Shown: positions 13,501 through 24,803 of the stretch, piece after piece
Position numbering within the stretch: position 1 is the stretch's first letter
Layout of the letters: every line of letters starts with the position of its first letter
NCBI GenBank assembly: GCA_973895155.1
Contig: OZ316895.1
Coordinates: 22,580,558-22,644,557 of the forward strand
Length of the DNA stretch: 64,000 bases
Source: Marsupella aquatica
Lineage: Eukaryota > Plantae > Marchantiophyta
Reading direction: 5' to 3'
Translations under genes and position numbers: made by a program
The notes under the pieces: model-generated
What the model was told of the DNA's origin: nothing
Databases searched by the model: none
Seen by the model: only the letters and a program-made list of their open reading frames with translations

Positions 13501-16500
13501 TTTATTTGTTTGTGTTTTTTGGTTTAGGCAATGGAATCGTTTTTGCCCTGAATAGTGTCCTTGTTTTGTTCGAAGAACAGGTTGTTGAGGTGCAGACTAA
13601 GGACGTGAAATGTGTGATTAAAAATTCGGCGACTTTGACAGGTGGTCTGTTCACAGCACATGTGACTCAAGTCCCTGTCACACTTCCAACTTTATCTGAA
13701 TCTGACAAAAGGGTAAGAGCTGGCACATCACCAGTGTTGGTTACATGCTGGTCTTATTGCCGTCACCTGTTCCTGTTCAAGGAAGCTACGAAGTGCTATG
13801 AAAGCTTATTTAAATTTCTCATCTTTCCTTTTTATGAAGCTGAAGAGTAGGAGCTGTAAGGGAAGCGAGTTTTGATTTTACCGAGACCGTTCCTTGTGTT
13901 TCCTGCTGAGACCCTCATTTGTTTGAAAGCATAACCTAGCCTATCCAGCACTCAATTGAAAGTCGTCTCAGAGTGTCATTCAATTGGTTTTGCATTACAG
14001 ATAATTGCAACTTGGGGGGTGAAGAACAGCATTGATTTCTTGTCACTTTCATTCGCAAGGAATGGTGAAGATGTCCGTCAGGTATGTGTAGTTCATGCTG
14101 TCTGTGGCATATTTCTGTAGCAATCAATTCACTAGCCAGAAGAGTCTCCATCCTCCTTGACGTTGAAATTGGATCTTTTGGTTGTATGATGTTGATGTCA
14201 GGACATTAATACGTGAATCTTACTTTTGATGCGATTTCGTGGCAATCAGGCTCGAGCTTATATGTCCAAGCTGGGAGATCTTTATCAGACGCAGGTTTTT
14301 GCCAAAATTGAGAGTGTTGAGGTATGTCCTGAAAGGCCTTCATCCCGGCTTAAGATTGCTGGCAGTTGACGAAGTCCTGACAATGTCGCAGATTTGACGT
14401 TGGACTACATAAATTATCGCTGGCTCCACTTCAATGTCATCTCACAAGATCAACTTTAGTTGGATGTTAGCCGCATCAGCTTCGTGGCAATTCAGATACA
14501 TATCAAAGATATTCTGGTGATGCAAAGTTTGCATTTATCGATTTCTAATTGCCGGCATCACGTTGGGACTTCGACTAGCTTTAAATGCAGTAGCAAATGA
14601 ACTGATTGAAATTTCCAGAAGCTTAGAAAGCGCAAGCTGTCCCAACAGCCGAAGCACGCCCCATAATTTAAGCCCTGAGGCAGATAAACTAATGGTTCCA
14701 TCTCGTTCGGGTTCAGGGCTTAAGGCACTTCGATGAGATTTTGAAGGAGGCTGACGGTATTATACTGTCCCGTGGAGACCTCGGTATCGACTTGCCACCA
14801 GAAAAGGTCTTGAAATACCCCTCACTCTGAAGGATTCGATCACCCAATTTGAAACTCATAGGTTATGAGTGTCGTGGACAACTTGTAGCGGGCTGTCTTT
14901 TCTCTTCACTCTTCTGACCTTACGAGGCTTCTCATTTTTATGTTCTGCCAGGTGTTTCTCTTTCAAAAGGCAGCACTCCATAAGTGTAACATGGCAGGAA
15001 AACCTGCAGTTATTACTCGTGTTGTTGATACAATGACCGATACACCTCGACCAACTCGTGCAGAAGCCACAGATGTGGCAAATGCTGTTCTCGACGGTTG
15101 GTCTCTCTCTCGCTGCGTGCTGAATAAGTTGGACTCTTACTAGAGTCATAGACGTGTAGCAAGATCAGAGACTAGGTTCGAGTACTATAGCTATCGTATC
15201 GTCAGTTGGCACCTGCTCCTCGTTCACTCCTCAGATAGATTATTTTGCCGCAGGACTTCAGGTTATATCATTCGTTTATTTTTCGAGGCTTGCGCACTGA
15301 TCTTGTTGCCTACGTGTTTTCAAATCAGAACTATGGTATGGCTCCTTGTTTTAACATGGAGTTCTCTTTATGCAGGTGCTGATGGCATTTTGTTAGGAGC
15401 TGAGACTCTGAGGGGCATTTACCCTGTTGATACTGTCTCGACTGTACAAAAGATCTGTGCTGAGGTGTATATTTAACTCTAAGGAAAGGAATTATCATCT
15501 GAGAATTAGACACTGTTTTGAGGCAAGTTAAGCACATATCGTGGTAGGAAGCACTCGTAGCATATTAAAGAGGAAAATCTACATTGCCAATGTATTTGTT
15601 TACCAAATGACCAACTGTAAATGCTTTTCAGGCCGAGAAGGTATTTAATCAAGCTGTGTTCTTTAAGAAGACAGTGAAGACCACTGGGGAACCAATGGGT
15701 CACCTTGAATCAATTGCATCCTCAGCAGTATGTACCTCCTCCCCTTGCCAATTTTCATCTTGTCAGTACGAGTTGTTTTGGAACTTATCCGTGTCACTCA
15801 TGTTTTAAGATTGAAGAGTTCTGGGTCTTTGTGTACAGTACTTTCACAAGGAAATGCTATTCTTTTGCTAGACTCCCGTTTAGAACCTGAGGAACTTGGC
15901 CAGAATGGTTAAAGTTTGCTTTTGATTCTCGCGCAAGATATCTATGGCGTAGTTTTGCTCACTTCAAAGAACATGGTTTCAACACAGGTCCGTGCTGCAA
16001 CAAAAGTAAGGGCTTCAGTAATCGTTGTCTTCACAACATCAGGAAGAGCTGCTCGGTATTTTGTCCATGACCTCCATTTCTATAGATAGTATTTGGTTGA
16101 ATTGAAACTTTGTGTTGCTTCCTTAACTTGGGTATCTCGATGGGTCACCCTTCCGAAAAACGCAGTCAGATTGCGAGGGTGTTTACCCAACAATCTCTGT
16201 ATCACCTTTGCGATTGAAGACCTATGATGTCTATGCCAGATGGGCAACCATTGTTTGATCTTCTTGGATTTAACACCCATAAGGAATGTTCTTATCCAGA
16301 TTGGTCGCAAAATATAAGCCAACGATGCCAGTTCTCGTGGTGGTCATACCGAAGCTAACTACAAACCATCTGCGCTGGAGTTTCACCGGTGCATTTCAGG
16401 TATCCTTCTGACATATTTACCTTCGAAAATACTGAATATTCACTAGCACGCGTAAAGGGATGGATCATACTGTGCTCGTCAATTTGTTCAATTCTGATGA

Positions 16501-17889
16501 TGGTTCTGCTGAGTTTCGCAGGCAAGACAATGTTTGGCTGTAAGGGGTCTTTTCCCCATGCTCGCTGACCCAAGACATCCGGTAAGTGGTCTGATTTTTA
16601 TATTTCTGGTACTCCTCTTTTTCCTGTAACAACTCAAGACATAAAACCTATTTAGCAAGTAGAATCAATGGTGGAGACTTCTATAATGGCAGATGAAAAT
16701 GAGGGATGGTCGCAAGACTTACGTGGTATCTTTTAACAAAGCAATGGCCTTCCGTTTCTTGTACCCGCTTGACTCCAACCAACTTTCCTTTCCACACATT
16801 GAAAATTTTGGACTGAATGACGACGGATGTCCTGTTTGACAAGAGGCTCAGTTGTCTTACCTGAAATCTTCCAGGAAAGTCACTCCTGATTTTCGGGTAA
16901 TTGTGGTGCCTGACCTTGATCTATGATCCTGGATAAGGTGGATTGTTAACGTTAAGTCTTAATTATGAGAAACGGTCTTTGATGAAAATGTTGATGAATT
17001 TTTTGGCACAGTGAGCCAATTGAGGCAGAAATTGTCGTGCATATATTTTTAAAGATACATGAGTTTAAACGAATTCCACGCTGTCTGCACTTGAACAGGT
17101 GTTGGCAGACTACCCTTATGTGACGCCCAAAAAGTCCCCAGAGCCACAAGACCCAAAGCCGACAAAACTACTTTATGAACGAATTGTAACTATTAACCGA
17201 CACGATGTTAATTGTTGTCCTGCTTAATGATAAAAGTGAAGAAAACGAACAGTTCCATCTTAAGGGGCCTTCTCATCAAAAGCTTTTTAACCAGATGGCG
17301 TGATTCTTTTCGCTTCTAATTTTATTGATGATGATGTAGCTGAAGAATGGACTATTAAAATTGTCACTGATATTTATATTTATATTGGTAATTGGTAATC
17401 TATTTAATCTTTCTTTGTAGTAGCTCAAAATCTGGTCTGTGGCGTATTTGATGAACATTGTATGACATTTTAGTACGGGGTCCGGCGTCTGAACTCCTGA
17501 TGGGAGACGAAACACGGGTTTACATAGAGCGTGCTAGTTATATCCCGTGTCCACGAGGGATCGCACGGAATAATCTTGCAGTGTCAACAAAGTTGGGGAT
17601 TTGACACTTTTGTGAATGTAGTTGGGTGGGTTGTTGATGTAAACATACCTGTAGTAATTGCTGAAAAGTTCACCATCAGCTTAGGATATCCTAACAAGAG
17701 TTGTCTCACTACGTTCCGTGTTGACTATGGCAGGCGGAGGCAGCAATGTCGACAAACGAATCCATTTTAAAGGTGGCTTTGGATCATGGGAAGGTCGCTG
17801 GCATCATTAAGCCACATGACAGAGTTGTTGTCTTTCAAAAAGTTGGCGATTCGTCTGTGGTGAAGATCATTGAGCTTGACGACTTCTGA
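10535..17889 (+). CDS. PK: Cytosolic pyruvate kinase (At2g36580/At3g52990/OsPK1-type subgroup), 16 exons, 528 aa
   Basis: GT-AG exons 10535-10603, 12262-12358, 12608-12705, 12997-13152, 13385-13462, 13581-13712, 14001-14081, 14250-14321, 14717-14806, 14952-15096, 15376-15464, 15632-15727, 15988-16055, 16300-16399, 16522-16581 and 17734-17889 total 1587 nt with consistent phases. Motifs: [97 protein letters not shown]. Confidence 0.97.
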
Positions 17890-20800
17890 ATTTCGTAACT
17901 AGGTGATTTGTCCATGGATAACATCATGAGTTGATCAATTTCCTAGATCGTTGTTATCTGGATCTAATATGTATAATGATGTACCGAGGTGTGAATACCA
18001 CACCAGCATCATGAAGGGAAAGGTTTGGGTCGAGGCTTAATCAGGAGGGACTGAGTTTGTGATTAGGGTTGTACGAGGGATGGGAGCATTTGTATGCAGT
18101 GCTCGTAAGAGCTTGGGAGGAATCATATAGCAGATTGTTTTTTCATTATTGTCATCAAAGAAATCGGTATTCTTTTTGTTGTAGCGGCAGCATCTACTTG
18201 ATAGGTGCATATTACATGAAGTCGGATTCTGGGTGTAGTATCAATGTGGGCCTAAGATTGCCACAAAGAGATTAAGGCACTATGGCAACTAATGTTTTTG
18301 AGAGCCGTGTCAGGATTAGGAATCAGGATAAGGCGGAGGAGCTTCTCTGCGTGTTAGCAATAAAATGAAGGAAATTTTTTTCCTCACTGCGAAGGGTACG
18401 GTCACGAGCTGCGTCTGTCGGGTCTGTAGACTTATCTGCGTTGAAATGTCTAGAAATGCAGGACACGTTTATCCCGCGAGAGAGCGAAGTTAGGGGATGG
18501 ACTGAGTTGGTCAAACTCTTTTGGATCCGAGTTTGCAAGTGTTGGGTCTAGCTTCCTTATCTTCAACTTTTTGGAGAATTGTGACGCTAAACCAAGGTTT
18601 TGGCAGATGAAGTGTCAGTTAGGGGTCACACCGAGCTGTACTACGCATTACTCTAGCCCTTTTGCCAACCACCTGTTCGACCTAGGCTGCAGCTTCAGCC
18701 ATGAATTTAGTCTTCTCAGACATTTAATTCTAGCTTGCCTGACTTCGTTCAGTTGGACAAGTTTTCTAGCTGTATACACCAAGAAAACGAATGTATGATA
18801 GTGGCGACCAACCAGTCGTCAAGACCAACTCCACGGCAGATATATTGCCCATTGGGGACCTAACTTGTCCCTGATTTCCTTAAACCCTTGGCCTGATTAC
18901 CTGGCCATAACTCAACGTGGACCGGAATTCTAATTGTGCCAAAGCAAATGAAAGCCTGAAATCTGTCCTACGAACTCAAATCTTGAGCTCTGAGAATGGA
19001 ATTACGCCCATGAGCAAACAACACGTCCAAGTAAGGATGGCAGGGAACCGCACCACAAGAACGAGGAAGGGCAACGTGATGATGAGGAGTGTGGTCATGA
19101 TGCAAATGGCAGTACTAGTAGTTGCGTCATGACCACACTCGAGTGCTTCAAAGTAAAACACATGGCATCTAACTCAAGCATGAACATGGGTTGTATCAAA
19201 CTGCATGTATTCATTCAAAATGCATACACTCCTTTTAAGGGACTTCTATTTGTAAATGCCTGTGTCTACTGCAACGGACAACTTCAAAGTTGAGCTTCCC
19301 TTTGCTTATTCTGACTGCTGGTTAGTGTCAAGAAGACCTGTTCTGATAAGACTGATTCCTGCCACTCTCACTAACATAACAGACAAAAGACCCGGAAGTC
19401 ACATTTTGACCATACACTTACAGCACTTGGTTCAGGGCCACAAAACTGCAAAAGGCTGTGCCAAACGCCCATGCCTGCACCTAACTACTAGGCCTCGCAC
19501 ATAAGGGTGCCTAGACTGTTAAGGAAATGACTAACTACTTAAAATTCACTAGTCACTATCCATTGCACGGCCCTAGTCTTAGAACCTACCTTTATCCGAC
19601 TGATATATCTAACCACTCCTTTTCTTTGCATTTGACTTGAACTGGCTGCATGTGTCTCATTGCACAAGGCATCTCGTCTGATCACATTCCGCACTTCGTG
19701 TGTTATAAGTTCAGCTGGGGAGGTTAACTAAACATATATTTTGGGATAGCGCATGTGACCTTAGTAATAAAGAGGTATTCTAGAAACCTACATATTTCCA
19801 CTATTGATGGCCTATTTTAGTTTTTAATAGATGGTCATGTAATAGTGAATACTACCTTTTTTTCATTTCTACTTTCTAAAATACTTTTGCAATAGCTCTC
19901 AAATATACTTGGTTTTACTTGCATGTGCTTCCTACGGATTTCCATGGTTGACCCCTTGAGCTCCTCAACTACTATGATTTACCATGTTGGGCTTGGCCCA
20001 TTGCAAAGGTGTCAAATGTAGTATGTATATAGTAGTCCTGTTACATGGTATTGTGTGCCATAGAGCTCTAGAAAAATGAGAGCTTCAGCTCAAGTTTAGA
20101 GGGGCTATTATTACCCATGATGCCTCTGGTAGCATGACCGTAACAAACTTGAAGGCTAGGTAAGAGATTTTCTATCTTTACATGTTGTAGTAAAAGTAGA
20201 GGAAATTTAATTTTGAACGGATACAAATCTTCACTCTGCATTCTTCTTCAGAATTGCTGTTAAAGTTACAAAGAAAAAAATCATAAAAGACACAGCCTAT
20301 ATATCAAGAACAAGTCATACAAAGTCCAGAAAATAATTGTTAGTTAATTATAGTAGCCAAGGACCTTGGGGCCCCGTTAGCCCACTACCTTGGTTAACCT
20401 GCTAAGATGGTCTCCACATTGGATTTAAAGATACATATGTTATTTTACAAAAACAGTTAATCTTACCTTAATCCAATCAAATGATTCTATGCTTTGTCGA
20501 AGGTGATGTGACACTTATATGAAAATGAGACCCAGGAGCAAAAAGGCCTTGAGGAACACCAAGTTCCCTACTTGTTGGTGCACATTCAACTATGTTCACA
20601 TTCAGCCAATTCATGTTCAAATGTTTTCCAGTGACATCCTCTCAAATCCCTGTGTTCCACCCACATCCCGACCCTTGAGTTACGGGCCTAGAGTCACAGT
20701 CTAGTCTAGCGGCTTCACTCTAGACACTAGGCTATGAGAACACCTTCTGCTCGCCTTATATAGTTAGTAGATGACCACGTGACTGATGCTCTACACCCTC

Positions 20801-21278
20801 ATCTAAGTCCCCTCGCCTTTTTTGATTTTTTCTTAGGTCTCGTCCTGTGTGCTCAGGTTGGGTTTGACCTTCTGGCTTCTGTACAGATCAAGCAGCCATA
20901 GGAAAAGCATTTGAATGGGAGATTCTCCCACAGAGACTTTTATTTTCCATGTAGCCACAAAATGCATCCAAAGGCTCGTTCAATGAGATGCCGTCAGCGA
21001 AAGCTGTCTCGTCACCTGAAAACTGTGCTTCTTAAATAATTATGGATCTCTCCTACTTTATCAAAGTCCTGAACCGAAAGGTTATCAAAGTCCTGGAAAG
21101 GAAAGACATCATGAGACATCAACCCGTGCAACAAAGCTCACAATCTTTAGAGCATTCATGGCAAAGCTTGAAAAGATTGTGGGCCAAAGAAGGGAAAATG
21201 GCAAAGCTCGAAATGGCAGGAAACCCAAGCTGGAGGGACTTTACTTCGCAGTCAACATACGCAGAGGGGTGTTATTAA

Positions 21279-21408
21279 GAGTGATGATAAACAACGACCC
21301 TTAATAAAGAGAGAAGCACCATATTGCATTGGCACCTAGCGAATCCAGGAGTGATGATAAACAACGACCCTTTGTAAAGAGAGAAGCACCATATTGCATT
21401 GGCACCTG
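21279..21408. repeat. Tandem duplication, 70-bp period, with more degenerate copies downstream
   Basis: GTGATGATAAACAACGACCCTT..TAAAGAGAGAAGCACCATATTGCATTGGCACCT occurs at 21281 and 21351. Confidence 0.9.
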
Positions 21409-21902
21409 TCATGATAAATGACTTTTTCTAGAGAACATGATGATGCAAATATCCAGCAACGGGATTGTCGTGATAAATAAGTTACTTTAGAGAAAATAGT
21501 CTAATGATGATACAACAGGCCCATGACCTACGTGGTCACAATGGGATGGTCACAATAAGGTTTTGCAAATACAATAATGTTGCTTCAACTTTAAGCAACC
21601 TTCCCCAAATGATATCAAAAGACTTTTACGAATTGTATCGATAAAGCAGAAAAACTTGGTTCAGACAATTAAAGGTGGGAGGATTCACAATAGTATGCAT
21701 GTTGTTAGTTTGGATTCAACGTTGAGAGGAGAGGGGGGGGGGGGGGGCGGTTGTATGTATTGGAGTCTAGCAAGGTTCAAGGGTTTGTTACCTTGACTTC
21801 ATTACAAATCATGAATCTGATTCTCAAAAATAAAGGTTACCTTTTATTTTTCCTTTTTCTTTTTTCAAAAAGGGCTACTCGAAGTCTTCTTCAAGTAAAG
21901 AA

Positions 21903-23571
21903 TCCATCACTATTATTTTACAGAAAGAATCCTTTACTATGAGCTTCAACCTGTACTGAAACGTGGCACATAAACTAGATTGGAAGCTTTTTCATATATG
22001 AAAATATTATTATAATACAGTTGTTTAATGAAAAATCAAGAACGGGCCCGATTAGGAATTTGAAAAAAAAGGAGGGACTGACGTACAGGCATAGAAAAGA
22101 GTCCCGTGAAATTTGGGAAATAATCATTAGGTACATACGGGAAAAAATGTATACTACTCGTAAGAATGTTTGCATCTTACTGTTAATGATAACTGACATT
22201 TCTTGCTTTAATAACTTTATGTATACTGCTTGAAAGTGGCTGATAAAAAGCCTATCCTAGGGACGCGGGAAATTATTTCAGGACCCCTTTGGACATGTGA
22301 TGATTATTTTGGGGGAATAGTAGGGACCACTGTTTTTGAATAATGAACATTATGTACAAAAATCACTCAGCTGCTAACTATGGCGGTGGCAAAAAAAATT
22401 CTAACATATTTACGAAAAATATTAGTTCTTATAATACACAGTTGTGTCACTTTTTAGAGTGGTAGTCATTCAAATTTGCAGGGCACAAAAATTTAAAAAT
22501 CTGACCAAGAGAAGAAATAAACCAAAATTGAATTATATTTTGTGTGAAGTAAAAAGTGACACGTTTTCCAAGCAAGAAGTAAAGGGGAATGCCAGGGAAT
22601 GCCAATGCACAATAATCAAGCACTTTATGTACTATCTATGCTTACGAAGCCCCCTGCATACAAATAGTATTATCCATGCCAATGCACAATAATCAAGCAC
22701 TTTATAGACCATCTATGTATAGTACTATCCATGCCTAGAAAGCCCCATGCATAGAAATAGTATTCTCCATGCCTAGACATTCATATCAAGTACCCCATGA
22801 TAATCTATGTCCTAGGAGGAGTATAATTGATTACATAATGTAATAGAAAACATCAAACCAAAAAATAGTACAAAAGGCCTAAAAGAGAAGGGGGGAAGGC
22901 GGGCGGGTGGAGGGGCCTGCAGAGGGGTGTTATAAAGGTTTTCAAGGAATTAAAAAATGAAAAAGACAAAGACAAAAATCATTCTTAACTGGTGATACTT
23001 TGTGGTTGTTGTTACTCATTTTTTGCGCCTTTTTTTGCTTGACATTTTTTTCTTAAGAACATCTTGGGTGAGTCCACATCTTTTTTTCTTTATGGCATTT
23101 TGGGTGACAGAACATTTTTCTTCTTAAATAACAACATCTTGGGCGACACAACATTAGTTTTTCTTAATGACATCTTTTTTCTTAATAACATCTTGGACGA
23201 CATGACATCTTGTTTTCTTCATGACATCTTGAGGGACACGACATCTTTTTTCTTCACAATATCTTTTCTCTTCACGACATCTTTTGTGCAACGTATGAGT
23301 ATTTTATCATGACATCTTTTGTTCTCAACGACTTCTTGGCCGACACGACATCTTTTGTTCTCATCGACATCTTGGCCAACACAACATCTTCCTTCTCAAC
23401 GACCTCTTGGCCAACACGACATCTTTTGTTCTCAACGACCTCTTGGCCGACACGACATCTTTATTCTCAACAACCTCTTGGCCGACAAGACCTCTTTTGT
23501 TCTCAACGACATCGGGAACGACATCTTGGCCGTCACGACATCTTTTGTGCAATGCACGGGTATTGAGCTAG
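21903..23571 (+). mobile_element. Non-autonomous Helitron (~1.67 kb)
   Basis: 3' end: decayed hairpin TTTGTGCAATGCACGGG (23544-23560, consistent with CCCGTGCAATGCACGGG after C>T), 7-nt spacer, CTAG at 23568-23571, followed by T. Candidate 5' end A|TCCATCACTATTATTTT at 21903. Sits in an A|T target with no TSD. The 5' boundary is less certain than the 3' boundary. Confidence 0.68.
23040..23548. repeat. ~36-bp minisatellite (TTCTCAACGACATCTTGGCCGACACGACATCTTTTG-like) in the 3' part of the Helitron
   Basis: Repeated ACGACATCTT cores. The array is well preserved at 23310-23548 and more decayed at 23040-23290. It generates the repetitive spurious ORFs at 23064-23654. Confidence 0.9.
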
Positions 23572-23819
23572 TGTGTCATAACAGTTATTTTGAGCTCAAG
23601 TCATTAATTTCTCATAGTTTTAATGGATCCAGTCATGATTCATTTTTGCACTAACTCATGGTGGAGTACGTCGCACAAGAAAGGTACTCGTTAATCTTTG
23701 CCTATTACATAGCCTTTCACTTGCAATCCATTCGACCCGCCCTTAATTCAAATCATTTATTTAAATCAGCAACATTTTCTATTGTTTTTTACTCCTCTAC
23801 TCCCACCCCACTTTTTCCT

Positions 23820-24008
23820 TTCCCTTCTCTTTCATCTGACTGGTTTGACTAGTGTCATTGTAGAGTTTTGGGAAATTTGATTTCTTCAAATCTGCATAGT
23901 GAGTAGGTCCCCAAACTAGGCAACACATTAAAAAAATGTCAGCCCAATTGGCTTGAGACTACAAAGTAATGGCTGAAAAACTATTTTAATACAAGTAAGG
24001 ATGGTGAC
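23820..24008 (+). repeat. Dispersed host repeat, copy 1, left part (continues at 30390-30445 beyond the copia insertion)
   Basis: Colinear similarity to 48019-48202 plus 55930-55990, with shared blocks TCTTTCATCTGAC..GTTTGAC, AGGTCCCCA..CTAGG, GGCTTG.GAC, ATGGCT.AAAAACT.TTTT, AGGATG, CCCCA.TAGCATAGAAAT and CATGAAAA. Confidence 0.85.
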
Positions 24009-24530
24009 TATTGGGAATAATCCTTATCCTGAGACACCATGCACATGTGAACACCATACAAAGTAGTCGACACAACAAGTACGTGGTTCACCTCACGTTT
24101 GAAGCTACGTCCACGGGAAAGCAAGAGACCTTTACTTCTCTCTTGCTCCACTCCAACAATGAGCTGAAGATCCACCAGGGACTGGCACCAGCCCTGGCTT
24201 TATACACAACAGTACTACCGCTAACTTTAGCTAAGTCCTAACCTGAGTTAGCCTAACTGTGGTTAGCTCAAGAGTCACAAGACTAAGAGCAATACCTAAC
24301 AAACTCCCCCTTGACTCTTGTCTTGGGGATTGGACTAATTGCTACCATATGGAATCCTCAGCGGGAAGTTCTAGACAATCACCTAAATAGGTCTCCCCCT
24401 AAAAACCACAAGGGTTAACTAAGGGTTAACTAGAACTAAGTCGTAGCTAAACTGGAATGAGTAATCCATATACAAATAGTCACAACCTTGCTAAGTAACT
24501 CTGCTTGTGCTACAACTGCAAAACCTGCAA

Positions 24531-24795
24531 CCCAGGGCCCTCACTTCTTTTCTTCCGACCCATCACACGCGAATAAGTATAGGATTTTTTTATTGGGTTT
24601 AGTGAAATACTTTTAAATTTTTGTTGAAGAACATTAGGGTTATTTTAATCCAATTTTGAGAATTATAAGAATCATAGGGTTTTTTTAGGGATAAAAAAAT
24701 TCCTAAAAAAAATTTATTGACTTAACTTTTAGGGTGTTTATTCCCCCAAAACTTTGAGCGTGATATGAGACACCCCTTGGATTGAGGCCCCCGAG
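24531..24795. mobile_element. 265-bp MITE nested in the RNase H C-terminus of copia element 1
   Basis: 8-bp TSD ACCTGCAA (24523-24530 and 24796-24803). Imperfect 13-bp TIRs CCCAGGGCCCTCA / TGAGGCCCCCGAG around an AT-rich interior homologous to 46551-46754. Removing it restores ..HRAILQVLQL. Confidence 0.88.
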
Positions 24796-24803
24796 ACCTG
24801 CAA

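Noticed and set aside
20640-20815. Possible minus-strand PPT plus LTR start (GAGGGGACTTAGATGAGGG-TGTAGAG)
   Set aside because: A single short motif with no partner LTR or coding remnant.
23040-23548. CRISPR-like appearance of the 36-bp periodic array
   Set aside because: There are no unique spacers, the units are head-to-tail and degenerate, the context is eukaryotic and no cas genes are present. It is a minisatellite.
24011-24241. Duplicated 76-77-aa ORFs (also 30096-30329)
   Set aside because: They lie entirely within the two LTRs of element 1, on its antisense strand.
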